Part shown: positions 10,300 through 23,113 of the stretch, in pieces
Layout: every line of letters begins with the position of its first letter
Position numbering within the stretch: position 1 is the stretch's first letter
From: Octopus bimaculoides
Taxonomy: Eukaryota
DNA length: 57,301 nt
Direction: 5' to 3'
NCBI RefSeq assembly: GCF_001194135.2
Contig: NC_069004.1
Location: 16,264,898 to 16,322,198 of the forward strand
Translations under genes and position numbers: made by a program
The notes under the pieces: model-generated
What the model was told of the DNA's origin: nothing
What the model saw: the letters and a program-made list of their open reading frames with translations, nothing else
Databases searched by the model: none

Positions 10300-10930
10300 A
10301 GAGTCATAAGAGTAGTGGTTGTGATGATGGTGCTGAAGGGTGAAATGGTCATGGTGGTGGTGGTGGTGGTGGTGGTGGTAATGACTCTTATAAAAACACA
10401 CACGCACACACACACACACACAGATCAATAATGTGGGATATGTTTTCATCAATGTGATTGCCATTAACTTTTAGACTCAGCATTATCACCAGCATCATCA
10501 GCTGCATTGACAGAGAAGAGAAATGTGTGTAGTGAGTTGTGAGTAGTGGTGGTGGTGGGGTTTAAGAATGACACCCCTATTGAAGGCTGTTCTCCTTCCT
10601 TTCATCCTATCAGAATTCATTCCACCACTGTTATTACTACAATCAATACCACTACTACTACCTTTATCTCTGCCACCACCACCACCACCAATACCACCAC
10701 CTGGATTACCAACAACATCCCACCACCATCACTATCACCATGACCATCATCCCTGCCACTACCACCACCACTGTCATAACTATCACTACTACAATCACCA
10801 CTAACATTACCACCACCACCATGACCACTATCACATCCACTACTATCATTATCAACAACACCACTAGTACCACTACAAACTCCTCTGCTACTCTACTACT
10901 ACTATCACCACCACCACCACCACTACACAC
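10300..10930. repeat. Degenerate trinucleotide arrays: (GGT/GAT)n at ~10300-10380 and (ACC/ATC/ACT)n at ~10630-10930
   Basis: Read directly; these produce the Thr-, Val- and His-rich low-complexity ORFs. Confidence 0.85.
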
Positions 10931-11171
10931 CTCAAATACAATTAGTTTAACTTGTGAAACCAGTGAACCAAACCAATTTAGCCCAGTTGGTCCAGCCAAA
11001 GTCAGTTGAGACCAGTCAAATGGCAACAACAGCACATCTGTCCATTTGTAGTCATGCTAGATGTATGTATTTGGAAATAAGTTTGTGTTTGTATAAATGT
11101 GGTTCATGTACATGCATGTGCATTTGTATACATGTTTCATTATTATCAGCAGCAGCATCACACAGCTGTTT

Positions 11172-11205
<34 letters not shown>

Positions 11206-11689
11206 GCATGTTTAGGAGTGTGTATAGTTCTATTATAGAGTTATGTATTAAAAAATCTTTTAAGACCTGATTGGTAGAAAATTGCATGAGGGTGTTCTGA
11301 CCATTGGTGTTGTGTTTCAGATTAATTTAATCAATGGCCGAAGACACATCTATCAAATATGGTGTTTTGTGGAAGTGGTGGTGGGAAACAGTTTAGTGAG
11401 GGGTTAAGTAGAAAGAATGAAACTTAGATTTCCCTTTTCCTTTTGCCTGTTCTTTTAAGAGATGTGTATTATTACATTGTAGCATATGTGCATGTGTGTT
11501 GCAACACATAACCACATGCATACACATGCAAACATATAGCAAGTGCAAATCAGTGATGTGCTTATATGTACTTATGGAATCATTCACATGCAAACATACT
11601 ACAAGTATGTTTGCATGTATTATTTGTTCGTTTTTTACATCTGTTTTTCCATACTCTGCATTGATCATACAAATATATTATTGAAGCCT

Positions 11690-12061
11690 GTTTAACAGTC
11701 AGAGGCCCTTCCTGTCGCTAACACCTGTTTCTCAAGAAAGAGAGCCTTTATTCTGTATGTCTTTGAAGACACAAAGCCAAAAAACAATTTGTTACAAATG
11801 ACTGTGACAATTGACAAGTCCCTTAACCTCTTGGGTGGGGGGGCATTGAGGTACTGCAGCCATGCAGTGTATCTAGGGTGAGAAAGCCTGGTGGAGTTCA
11901 TTCCTCTCCAGGCTACACTCATTTCTACAGCTGAGTGGACTGGAGCAACATGAAGTGAAGTGTTTTTGCTCAAGAAAATAATTCATTGCCTGGTCCAGGG
12001 ATCGAAACCACAATCTTATGGTTGTGAATCCGACATCTTAACCACTAAACCATGCACCTCC
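11690..12061 (-). mobile_element. tRNA-derived SINE (family B), near full length, with RTE-like 3' motif
   Basis: Minus head GGAGGTGCATGGTTTAGTGGTTAAG (A box) and GGTTTCGATCCC (B box); central TTGAGCAAAAACACTTCACTTCATGTTGCTCCAGTCCACTCAGCTG; 3' GTTAGCGACAGGAAGGGC resembles the RTE 3' UTR GGCGTTAGGAAGGGC. Confidence 0.8.
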
Positions 12062-12622
12062 ACAAATGACTGTATCACCTATAAGCAAACACACACTTGC
12101 ACACATTCTGACAGAGTGTATCTAGGACTACGTTATGTTATGTGTCCTTTTTTCTTTAATGTAGCAGAGTGTGATTTGAGTAAGATGTGGCTGTTGTTTC
12201 TTGCAGCTTATATGGCCAGATAGTAGCTTACTGAATACATTGAAAGAAAAAAAAAAAACAAGGAAATAATTTTTAACTTTATTTTGGCTGCTGGTCAATC
12301 CTGATGCTGCGAGACTATTATGATGAAATGTGTTCCAGCTGGGTGCATCCCATATTTTATTGAAATACAGTGTATCTATTGATTGCATCCATTATTGCAT
12401 CTATCATGTTGATTGCATCCTTTATTTTTAGATGGTTGGGTCTGATTTCAGGGAGATTTTGCTTCTGTTTGTTGCAGGTCTAATGTTGGACAAGTCATTG
12501 GTTGCACATGTTTATGCTGCATCAAAACAATATCAAATACCTTTCCAAACAGTTGACAGGTTAATGTAGAGAAACTAGGATCCTCCATAGTAATATTTTC
12601 TCTACATGTAGATATAGATGTG

Positions 12623-12683
<61 letters not shown>

Positions 12684-12764
12684 NNNNNNNNNNNNNNNNN
12701 NNNNNNNNNNNNNNNNNNNNNNNNNNNNNNNNNNNNNNNNNNNNNNNNNNNNNNNNNNNNNNNN

Positions 12765-12816
<52 letters not shown>

Positions 12817-13057
12817 CTGACACCCCTGTGGGAAAGCAAGTCAACTGCCCTAAACCGTGTAAAGGCACATGTGCACTGTCAGGTGCTTTGTGAAGACACT
12901 CGTAGAAGTCTTTGAGAAGGGATATTGTTTGTTACGTGTTGTTTCTGATTTATATTTGTATTTTTATAACCTTGTTGTATGTCCACGTTATAAAGTGGCA
13001 TATACAGCGAGTGCAAAGAAGGACATAATAGTATTAACAGGACACAACATATATAAA

Positions 13058-14010
13058 TTAGGTTGAGTAAAAAGTAAGCAACATTTTGAACTACGAAGAA
13101 TTTGTACCAGATTTTGTAGAGTTTTGAATTTTTTTTATACATATTTTTGCAATTGTCTCATAATACAGACATAGACTTGCCCAAATGCATCAATAAATTA
13201 ACATTGATATTCTTTTCACCATTGTTATAATCATTTGAAATGGAACTGTCAAAGCATGATATTCGAACAATTTTACTATTCAACTTCAAAAAAGGATGTA
13301 AAGCAGCTGAAACTGCTTGTGATATCAATGAAACATTTGGTGAGGAAATGACCAGTGAGTGGTCAGCTCAAAAATGGTTTAAATGATTTCGCAGTGGAGA
13401 CCCAAGCCTTGAAGATTGTGAGCATAGTGGACACCCATCTGTCGATTAAAAACCGTCATTGAGAAAGATCCATGTAAAACCACTCGAGAACAGGCAAAAG
13501 AACTTCAAGTTAGCCAGAAAATCAAAACAGCTCAACAAATGGGTACCACATGATTTAAATGGGTACCACATGATTTAAATGAAAATCAGAAAATGCAAAG
13601 ATATGAAATTTTCTCATCGCTTCTTCTCCATAACCAGACCAATCCATTTCTCAACCGTATTGTAACTTGCGATGAAAAGTGGATTCTTCACAGTGGTTGG
13701 ACCAAAATGAAGCACTGAAAACCTTCCCTAAACCCTAGCTCTTCAAAAAGAAGGTTTTGATGACTGTTTGGTGGTGTACTGCTGGACTCATCCACTATAA
13801 CTTCTTAAAACCATTACTGCAGAAACATTGCCATGAAATTGCCAAAATGAAAGAAAATCTGTTACTCCTCCATCCCAGATTGGTCAACAGAAGAGAACCA
13901 ATCATTCTTCATGACAATGTTCAACCACGTGTTTCACTAATGACACTCTAGAAGTTGAGGGAACTTGGTTACAAAGTTCTTCCCCACCCAGCTTATTCCC
14001 CAGACCTTTC
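13058..14010 (+). mobile_element. mariner transposon with transposase pseudogene, 3' truncated
   Basis: Terminus TTAGGTTGAGTAAAAAGTAAGC at 13058. ATG at 13240: MELSKHDIRTILLFNFKKGCKAAETACDINETFG...WFK*FRSGD; then WVPHDL (duplicated), IVTCDEKWI, LHDNVQP, AYSPDLSP. Confidence 0.9.
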
Positions 14011-14011
14011 T

Positions 14012-14190
14012 CCTACTGAAGGGAGCATGCACTACACATATGTACTCTAGACGTAATAGCCAAGAACTGTCGCATCCTACGATTGCAAAAATTTTTCTGC
14101 ATGCGCAGGAAGAGTGGTGTCACATCCCACGCAAAAGTATTAGTTTTGATAGAAAAAAAATAAAGTGATACTTTTTGAACATGCTTCATA
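14012..14190. mobile_element. Terminal fragment of a second mariner-type element abutting the first
   Basis: Homology to the mariner ORF stops abruptly at ~14010. The segment ends ...GATACTTTTTGAACATGCTTCA|TA, similar to the termini of the 34.2-35.3 kb mariner. Confidence 0.4.
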
Positions 14191-14898
14191 TTTATAATTG
14201 CTGCTGTTACCACCACCACCGCTACTACTACTACTCAGAAAGAATGACATCATTCAAATCGTGTAGGCCTTTTCAGGAAAGAAGGAATTGGTGGTGGTGG
14301 TGTTGGCTGTATGCTCAATGATTCAACAGTAATTAATAGTTCACTGTTGGCTCAAATCAAGTTGTTGCTACAAATTATAATTTAAGATGTTTGATCTGAA
14401 ATGATTTTGGAATTGTTTTTAAGATAGATGAGGTGAGATATCATGCTTTATGATGTGTGTTGTTGTTGTTTAGCCTAAGGTCAGCTCTGATCTAGCAGTG
14501 GTGTTTCAGTGGTGTGTATTCTGTACTGCAGTAAGTGTTGATTGGTGTTTATTAAGAGATAAATTTCCATTGAACTGAGTTTGTGACCTAATTTTTATTT
14601 TCTCGGTAATACAATTTACAGGTAACTTACGATTGAGCAAGTGTTAGTCAATATATGCTGAATATTAGGGCTGATTAATGAATACACGCATCCACACACA
14701 TGGCCATGCAGAACAGAAAAAAAAATTCAATCTGTAATTTGAGTTGACACAGTTTTAACCACAGAACACTAATAAGTAAACTTTTATCTTTCAATGATTA
14801 AGTTATTCCTATCAAGGCAATAAATCATTTTAATTAACTTATATACATATAAATCAGATTTAACTTTGACTAATCATAGATGTCATGGTTTATATATA

Positions 14899-15743
14899 CA
14901 GGATGCGATGGGTAATTTGTTGCCATTTCATATTTTTTATTTCGCACATGCACATTGTTCGCTTTTGATTTTTTTGATTACACAGTATATAGTAGAATCA
15001 GTTGGGCACCATCTGTGAGAAAAACAGCATCATAAAGCAATTTACTCTGCCAGAAATTTGGAAATGACATGCTATACTGCTTGGCATTTGTGCCAGAAGC
15101 TCCAGTGTGAACAGATGGTGAACACAAGAAGAACCATTGGCTTGCCGTGTTCCCAAAACATGTACCGAGAGTGATAAAAATCAAACATCCAGTTAACATC
15201 ATGGTGTTTGGAGTGATCACTAGTGATGGCGATGTTAGGCCTCCATTCATCTGCCCACATGGCCTCATACTCAACACAGAGGCCTACATTAAGTGCCTGG
15301 AGGAGGTAGTGCTGCCCTGGGTGAAGAGGGTGGATGCTGGAAGAACCTATGTCTGGCAACAGGACTTTGCATCATGCCACACAAGCAAAAGAACCCAGTC
15401 ATGGCTGTTAGACAATTTCTGTGATGGCATCACCCCCAACTCCGTGTACTGCAACCTCTTTTAATATGTGTGGAGTGCAGTGGAGCGAGAGACCAACAAA
15501 ACTCCTTGTAACACCAAAGATGAACTGAAGGCAAGGATTATGGCAGCATTCACCAACTTAAACAAGGAGACCATTCAGAAGAGTTGGAGGAGTGAAGCTA
15601 ATTGTGATTTTATTGAATAAATTTACTCTTTAGTATTTCAAGATATTTTTATGTAATTTTGGTAAATACATCTGTTAAAATGAGATGTCAGTGTTATTTT
15701 CATTTTTGCATAATTTAGATGACAGTATATTCACCGCACCCTG
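14899..15743 (+). mobile_element. maT/mori-like (DD37D) Tc1/mariner element, internally deleted, both termini present
   Basis: TA|CAGGATGCGATGGGTAATT ... CACCGCACCCTG|TA. KHPVNIMVFGVITSDGDVRPPFICPHGL..NTEAYIKCLEEVVLPWVKRVDAGRTYVWQQDFASCHTSKRTQSWL. The N-terminal DNA-binding region is deleted near 15107 relative to the 31 kb copy. Confidence 0.9.
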
Positions 15744-16614
15744 TATATCTGTGTGTGTGTGTGTGATTATATGTATTCTCTTCTGTTTAATGTCTGTATT
15801 AAAGCAGGTATTGGTTTGATTGACCAGCAATACATCACTTTGCTTCTCACCCTAGGTTCATCTCATCTGTGAGACTCTACATTCTCAGAGTAAAACCGAA
15901 TTACTTCTTACTTTCTGTTTGTAAGTCCCCCTACCAAATCACTTTCCTTTTTTTATCCATCATCCATTCACAGTGTCTGGTTCAGTAGCACCACCAAATA
16001 ACTGTCAAAGGGACACATTTTAGCAGTGGGATTACATTAACAAATAAATTTATATAAATTATAGAATGTTAGTTTACTACTGTAAACAATATGATCTGAG
16101 GAAAATAATGATGATATATATTGGCAATTGGTGAGTATAAACTGCAAAAATGGACTCAATCTGTGTGCCATAGTCTAACATTGCAGGTAATACTCTTTGT
16201 TCGAAAGTAGTGTATTCTAATGGTACAAAATCACTAAATCGAGAGAGACTGACAGAAGCAAAGAGAGAGAGGAAAAATAATAGAGAATAAGAGAGATAAA
16301 AGTACAGGAGACTACAGAAGAGGGAGATCACAAGGTAACACTGGGAATCAAAGAGGGGAGGTAATTAAGAATGCTGGTAAATTTGAGAAGTGGGTAAAGG
16401 TTAGAAGATAGGAAGACAGTTGAATAATAGGTATAAGATAGTTACATTGAATGAATTGTAGTTTGGGTTCATACTAGGATAAGGAATCTGTGATACTTTA
16501 CTTTACTTGGTGGGAGTTCAGAGAAGTCCTTTACTTCATGGGGAGTTGTTCAGAGCATGCATGAGGCAAGTTAAAAAAAACAAAAACACATGAGTGATAG
16601 ATTTTAATACATTA

Positions 16615-16940
16615 GCAGGTATTTACCAAGGTTCTATCTCCAACCTCTTTACAGTAGAGCTTATGAAAATCACACAGAAGATCCAAACTGTGTCCTCAGG
16701 AGCTTTTGTATGCAGATAGTGAATTGGTTCTTATCGCAAACTTTGTTCAGAAATAAAATTGCAAGAGAAGTTTGAAACTTATAAAGTGGGCTAGTGTGAA
16801 AAATGTAAAGATTGACAAAGTAAGGACCAAAGTACTAACAAATAATGAGGATCAGAAAGACCCAGCAGCATCTTGATACATTAGGGAAGTGACCATGCTT
16901 AACATGTAGAAAGATATACAGTGGAACAGTAGAGCATATG
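16615..16940 (+). mobile_element. Old RTE RT fragment
   Basis: GIYQGSISNLF...ELLYADSELVLI (degenerate HQGS...ELLYADD). Confidence 0.6.
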
Positions 16941-17644
16941 AAACTTGTTCTACAGTTATTCTTTATGAATATTGATATAATTCTTTTCACAACACATCAT
17001 CATCAATGTCATCTATGTGAAAGGAAAATCCTCTCATCTTCATCCTTTTTAATCTCCCTGTAGCCCTTCCAGCTACCCATTAAAGAGATAAGATAAAGTG
17101 CTCCCCCTTTTTGTTTAAAGAAGAATGAAAAAAGTTGTGTGTATATATATGTTTGTGTGTATATATATATGTTTGTGTGTGTGAGTGTGTCTGTGTGTAA
17201 GTCCTATTTTTGTTAAGATGACTAACCAACAGCGAGCAGTTCTTTAGGTTTTAGCTAAGAATAGCATATTGTTGTTGGTAGTAATGGTGGTGGTGGTGAT
17301 AAAAGGGCAGTGTTAACATTTACAAATATACTAATAGTTTATTTACTTTTACAACCATAGTAGAGAGTGGGTGATCAGTGTGCACACTCGTACACCCAAA
17401 CACATGCATGGGTGTGCTTGCAACTGTATACATTCACAAAATATATACGGTACATATCCCAAATCTATCTCTCATATTCAAGATGGAATTAAGAAGATAG
17501 TGTTATCTCAGTTTCCTTTTTTTATTTATATTCTAAGACAACATGTTTGCACTCTGCCGTCTTGCTACAGTAAAGTTCCTTTACAGTTTTCGTATTATTT
17601 TCTAATTTGATGATTATTTTTTCTGCCTTCTGTTTGTCTCATGA

Positions 17645-17790
17645 AAGCATGTGGTCTAATGGTTAAGGGATTAGATCACAACCATCAAGTTTGATTCTTG
17701 AATTGGGCAGTAAATTGTGGTTTTAAACAGGGCATGTTGCTTCAGTCAACTCAGCTGAAAATGAGTACCAGCTGCTGCTGCTAAGTATCA
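17645..17790 (+). mobile_element. Degenerate SINE family B head and central domain
   Basis: GCATGTGGTCTAATGGTTAAG...GTTTGATTCTTG...CATGTTGCTTCAGTCAACTCAGCTGAAAATGAGTACC; colinear with the 11.7-12.06 kb copy. Confidence 0.65.
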
Positions 17791-18259
17791 ATCCTGTGAC
17801 AGACTGGAACCTATTCAGGGGCAAGGGAGCTTTATTGCCTCACGAATCTGGACAGGTTCTAGACTTATGATAACCTCTAGACATGAGCCTGACTGTTTTA
17901 TTTATGTGTGTGTGTGTGTGTCTGTCTGTCTCTATATTTACTCACACACATATATACATACACACACATGTTCACTTTTAAAATTAATGATGAAAGTAGA
18001 AACTTTACCAATCCTGAGTTTCTGGTCATTAATCTTCAGAAAATTATTTAAAAGATGAGTAAATCCACACACGAACACATGCATGCACGCACACACAAAA
18101 TGGGTGAAAATATACTCAATACATACAGCAGACTTTATTCATTTCTTTGATGCTGAGCAATGAAGGGAACCTTCAGCTTTGTGTGTGGTGGGGTGAGTGT
18201 ATGTGAATCAATTATTCTCCTTCCCAAAATTTCAAACCTTGTGCCTATAATAGAAAGGA

Positions 18260-18714
18260 TTATTATTATTATTACTGAGTGGGAGAGAAGTGCATGCCAT
18301 TGAAGTGAAACCAGGGTAGAATATATGAAGCTCAGTATACCCATCATGACTACCTGTCTGATAAGGATACACCAGGCACATGCATCATAACCATATGTGT
18401 GTGACATGGTGATCTTATATCAAGATAAACAGTGCATGACCTCACAGGTGGGGCCCAGTTAGAATTTTCTTCAGGTTGAGTAGCCTATCTCACTCCATAG
18501 GTCCTTGAATAAGAGTTGTTTAAGGATGTTTGAATGAAACACCCATGTTTCCAGAGATTAATTATTCAAACGTCAAAGAATTCCTCTCAACACATGACTA
18601 TGATGCTTTCCCACTCCTGCTCGTGATCAGAGATGCACATATTTTCAGCCACTAAAGGATGTGCTCGACTTCTTAAAGTCAAACAACTGACAAGCAAATT
18701 TATGGTATTGAGCA

Positions 18715-18716
<2 letters not shown>
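18260..18716 (-). mobile_element. Interspersed repeat bounded by (AAT)n tracts (probable non-autonomous retroposon or LINE 3' region)
   Basis: Reverse complement of 18530-18715 aligns with 43155-43350 (GCTCAATACCATAAATTTGCTTGTCAGTTGTTTGAC...GTGCATCTCTGATC...CTCTGGAAACATGGGTGTTT). Confidence 0.7.
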
Positions 18717-18756
<40 letters not shown>

Positions 18757-18988
18757 GGCAGTAAGCTGGCAGAATCGTTAGCGCAGTGGATGGAATGCTT
18801 AGTGGTATTTCGTCCATTGCTATTTTCTGAGTTCAAATTCTGCTATGGTCAACTTTGCCTTTTATCCTTTTGGGGTTCAGTAAATTAAATACCAGTGAAA
18901 CACTGTGGTCGATGTCATCAACTAGTCTCCTCTCCAAAATTTCAGGCCTTGTGCCTTTAGTAGAAAGGATTATTATTATTATTATTTT
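18757..18988 (+). mobile_element. tRNA-derived SINE (family C) with (ATT)n tail
   Basis: GGCAGTAAGCTGGCAGAATCGTTAG head; CTGAGTTCAAATTC B-box-like; GGTCAACTTTGCCTTTTATCCTTTTGGGG...AAATTAAATACCAGT central domain; CCTTGTGCC...GAAAGG(ATT)n. A separate 3' fragment lies at ~18205-18273. Confidence 0.8.
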
Positions 18989-19034
18989 CTGAGTTTGCTT
19001 TAGTTTATACAAGCTGCATCCAAGTTTCAGCTCG

Positions 19035-19265
19035 GGGTGAGCTGGCAGAATCATTTGCATGTTGGACAAAATGCTTAGTTGCATTTCTTTTGGCTCTTCA
19101 AACTCTATACTTGAATGCCACTGAGGTCAACTTTGCCTTTCATCCTTTAAGGGGAGAAATCAGGAAAATTAAATACCAGTCAAGTACTGGGATCACTGTC
19201 CCTACCCCCCTAAAACTACTAGCCTTGTGCCAAAATTTGAAACTATTATTATTACTATTATTAGT
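19035..19265 (+). mobile_element. Second, more diverged SINE family C copy in tandem
   Basis: Colinear with 18757-18988 and ends in (ATT)n. Further fragments at ~3430-3490(-), 4000-4110(-), 33842-33950(+), 41430-41560(-) and 43560-43640(-). Confidence 0.75.
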
Positions 19266-20039
19266 AACATCAAGTAATAAATAGTAAATTGCTTGTTCAA
19301 GTTTTCATGTCAGTTGTACAACTTTCAGTGAAATTATGAATTGATATAGATGGTAGGCATTAACCTTGGTACACTTCTATTTTTGTCACAATTATGCATT
19401 GTAAAATTCCATAGGGAAGTAAGTATAATAACAATGATTATAAATTTATAAAATTAATGTAATTATATCTGAGAGATAGATAAATGACAAAGAATTAAGG
19501 TTAAATGGTAGAGAAACAAAATTAATTTTTAAATTGAGGCTTTATATAACTGTGTTCATAAGGTTGAGTGGTTGTAAGTATGCACATGTTTCTGTACATG
19601 CATATCTGTGTAGATATGAGGGATGAAAAAAGTTATTTAAAACATTAAAAAAAATTATAGATATTGAATGATTGTAAAATGATCATTCCAGTGTTCATCT
19701 TGGTTGTATATGCTCTACTGAAATTTCAAAATGTCACAGGTATGTAACATTTTGTGTAACTTGTGTAATTTTTTTCTAATGGCTCTAAAGTTTGGAAGTT
19801 GGTTGAAAAGCATCTTATTATAGAGCACATATTGTGCATGCATACATGTGTGTGTGTTGTGCTTGTTAGGGGCTGATTATACAGGCTGTTGTCTGTTTAC
19901 AAAGCATCAAGGTTTACTTTCCAGACCTTTATTGTTATGATTGGATTTGGTTATTGGTGTCTTGTTTATAATTTTTAATTTGATATTTGGTCTTTCCCAA
20001 ACAAGTTGTCTGTGTTTTGTCCATTTTCATCTTGGAGGA

Positions 20040-20345
20040 GTATGATGACCTCTGCCAAGGCTAGCAAGGCCATTTCCCCGAGGATACGGGGGACCTGTCT
20101 TTTATCCTTCTTAACAACTTAGTCTTTGCTAAGTTTACTTTGAGGCCTTTTTAATTTTATGTTTAGCTTCCATGTATGGAATTTCTTCTCTAATTCCACA
20201 ATAGATTTAGCTATAAGAATTAAATCATCAGTATTTAGGAGTTCCCACAGATAGCTGGTTTTAAATTTTTCTGTGATGATCCATAGGACTATGATGGATA
20301 GAAGAGATCTGAAGACTGAACCTTGATGGATCTCTACCTTCACAC
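20040..20345 (-). mobile_element. RTE RT fragment
   Basis: VKVEIHQGSVFRSLLSIIVL..ITEKFKTSYLWELLNTDDLILIA; colinear with the RT ORF at 55814-56164. Confidence 0.85.
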
Positions 20346-20687
20346 ACACACGTATGCACATAAACAGACACACTCCAATGAACTAAATATTTCTTTTCCC
20401 TTGGGTTTGACCTGCTGATTTCTTATACCAATTTTTTTTACAACAGCCCCAAAACCCACAAACCAGATGTTATACTCTTAACCCTCCACCATCGATACAA
20501 TAGACCATGCCATATTATTCCTTTCTGCCATTTCTGATGATTGCTGGTTTGGCTCTCCACCTCTGATCTGAAGCCCATTGGTGATTTGGCTCTTATGGGA
20601 CTGTAATATAAAGAATGAGGATATACCCACTCTTTTACCTAATATATGAGTGTCTCTTTTTTTTCTGACTCATGGATTTTTAAATAA

Positions 20688-20720
<33 letters not shown>

Positions 20721-22054
20721 TATGGAAAAGCAAGAGAGAGAGGAATACATGGCTCACTGTATGTGTGTGTAACAGGTGTAACAAATTCATTGTAGTTGTG
20801 TTGCAGCATAGCTAGCATGTTCTGATGAGCACACTCTATATGTGATAATGATTATATAAGTGATGAACACAACATGACAGTCTATAGCAGTGACCAAAGA
20901 CAATGGTTTGCCAGATTGATTCTGTGTCGAATGTCTCTTAGGAATATGCCAAGATATGCCAAATTATCCTATCACTTTTTTAAAAAAGATTTTTTACTCT
21001 GCTTGCTAGAGATATATTGAAAATATGTCAGTTGGAAAATCAGTTTTGACAACTCTAGTAACAGTAGAGTAACATGTTTTTTTTTATCATGATAGCCAAC
21101 TTGGCAGCACTATTCTTAGAATTGATTTATAAACTTAAGTGAATTGTATATTTTTGTCATTATAGTAGATTTTTCTGTGTTGTATGACAGAAACCTCAAA
21201 GAAAAATGGCTGCTTTGATCTCCTTTATGTCAATCACAATCCCTTCCATACCCTCTAAACTGCAGCAGTCACAAACTGATGCAATTCATCTACTTCATCT
21301 CCCCCCACCTCTCTCTCTCATCCTTTGTCCCTTTTGCTATTTATCTTTATAACAGCACTTGTCTCTGTCTTCCTCTGGTTAGCTGTCAAAATATTAGAAA
21401 AGGAGAGAGGACAAAACAGAGAAAGGCGGGAGCTCTTATGAAGGGCGATATTTGATTTAGTTTTTAGATCATCGTACTGTTGTGAGAATATTCAATATTA
21501 AAATAAATCCAGTAAAAAATATAGCAAAAATAATGCCAAATCGGGTTTGGCATTCTAAACAAAGTTTCTTCCTACCAACCACCAGTCTGGCATTGAAATG
21601 AGGCTAAAATCCCAAATACAAGGAAATTGATGGTGGTTGGTGCTAGCAAAAATTTAGTCAACAGGAAAGTTGATAGATTTTTGTAAGGTCAGTTTCCCAT
21701 GACAAGTAAGGAATCTTAAGTTTGGAGTCCTTTCATTTCATCCCAAAATGAATAAGATAGAAAGTGGTGTTGCTGCTTGGACATTGAATATGAAATCAGT
21801 ATATTTATACTAAATCAACCTATAAAGTTACAAACAAATGAAGGAGTCTCACTATTTGATTGTTTGACCCATGAAAAATATTCAATAGCATGATGGTGGA
21901 TGTGCACACAGGCTGTAAAAGACCAAGGTAGTCATAGCTTGTCTGTCTTTGATCACAGATCTGCTATATTGGAGTTGATGTGGTGTGTGTAACTACAACA
22001 GCCTTCTTAGTCATCTCTCTCTCTCTCTTTCTCTCGTGAGTGTATCTATCTATA

Positions 22055-23113
22055 CAGGGTCTTGCAGATAAATTGAGACAATTTTTACAATGCATAAATA
22101 CTAAAATAATGGCAGTAGACAGATATAATTTTAACGTAACATTTATTACAACAAAAACATTTATCACTCAATATGGCCACCCTTTTGGGCAATTACTGCC
22201 TCCACACAAGAATAAAATTGTTTTGCAACTGCCACAACCTCTGCCCTTTTGTTTTTGCATGTCACATGCACGATGCAGGCCTTCAAACTGTTGACACTTG
22301 AGTGTGGTGAAACATTGGTTCTTGCTTGAAGTACGCTCCATAAAAATTAATCAAGAAGATTGAGATCTGGGTTATTACTGGGCCAGATGTTGGCCTTTAC
22401 AAAAAATGGCGCCTTCTCACCAAGGAAGGCCTATGTTGCTTTTGACCCATGGCATCTTGCAGAATCCAAAATAAGCACTGCTCCATCCAAAGTAACAGAA
22501 GTTCTTCAGGATGTCCAGATACTCCTTTGTGCCAATCTTCAAGTCAGACTCAATGAGGTGTGGATCCATGACACTTCCATCACTCGCCACAGCTCCAAAT
22601 ACCATCAGAGAGGGGTGACAGAAGCTTTGGGCATCTCTCAGCTCTGATTGCTTTGGCTTTGGCTGTTAGAAGGTGACAACGTCGTCAAATATAGCTAATC
22701 ATGCCAAGATTCCTGTTCACAACTCTGGATACTTTGGAAAGGTACATATTGCATTTCTTTGCAAGTGTTGTCATGGATGTGGATGGGTTCAGTTGAGTGT
22801 TTGAGTTTAGTGAGAAACTTTGGATTGCACTTGGAATCACTTCAAGTCTTGTGTTCTTTTTTTGTCAATCTTTCCCTATTCTTTATATTGTTTATACACA
22901 CGATAAACTGTTGTTTTTGGAAGTTTCATCAACTTGACAATTTTATTGGCAGTGTGCCCGGAGCACACCAAAACAACAATGATGGAACGATTCTATTGTT
23001 TCATGACTTTCTGTTGTTGAACCAGTTTACTATTTACCTGAAAAATAAAGTAGATTAGGTTTTCAAGCAAGCAAGGTTTTGTCAAAAAATGAAATGTTAA
23101 ACCCACTAAATCA
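22055..23113 (-). mobile_element. maT-like transposon, internally deleted, 5' end runs into a gap
   Basis: TA|CAGGGTCTTGCAGATAAATTGAGACA terminus at 22055. Minus strand: KLMKLPKTTVYRVYKQY...MVFGAVASDGSVMDPHLIESDLKIGTKEYL...IWPSNNPDLNLLD...GGHIE*. Confidence 0.8.

Noticed and set aside
9310-10431. Long ORFs spanning N runs (also at 6.0-6.3, 12.4-12.9, 23, 28.3-29.1, 30.2-31.0, 45.8-46.5 and 54.7-56.0 kb)
   Set aside because: Their length comes from assembly gaps translated as X; the flanks are microsatellites or TE fragments.
10546-11035. Thr-rich mucin-like and His/Val-rich ORFs
   Set aside because: All frames on both strands give low-complexity peptides from a degenerate ACC/ATC array; the frame after the best acceptor (TATCAG ~10612) stops within 45 codons.
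20815-20890. CATGTT-CTGATGA-GCACA..TGTG with a downstream AACATG, hammerhead-like
   Set aside because: No GAAA after the putative stem II and no register for stem III or an NUH triplet; at best a very decayed relic.
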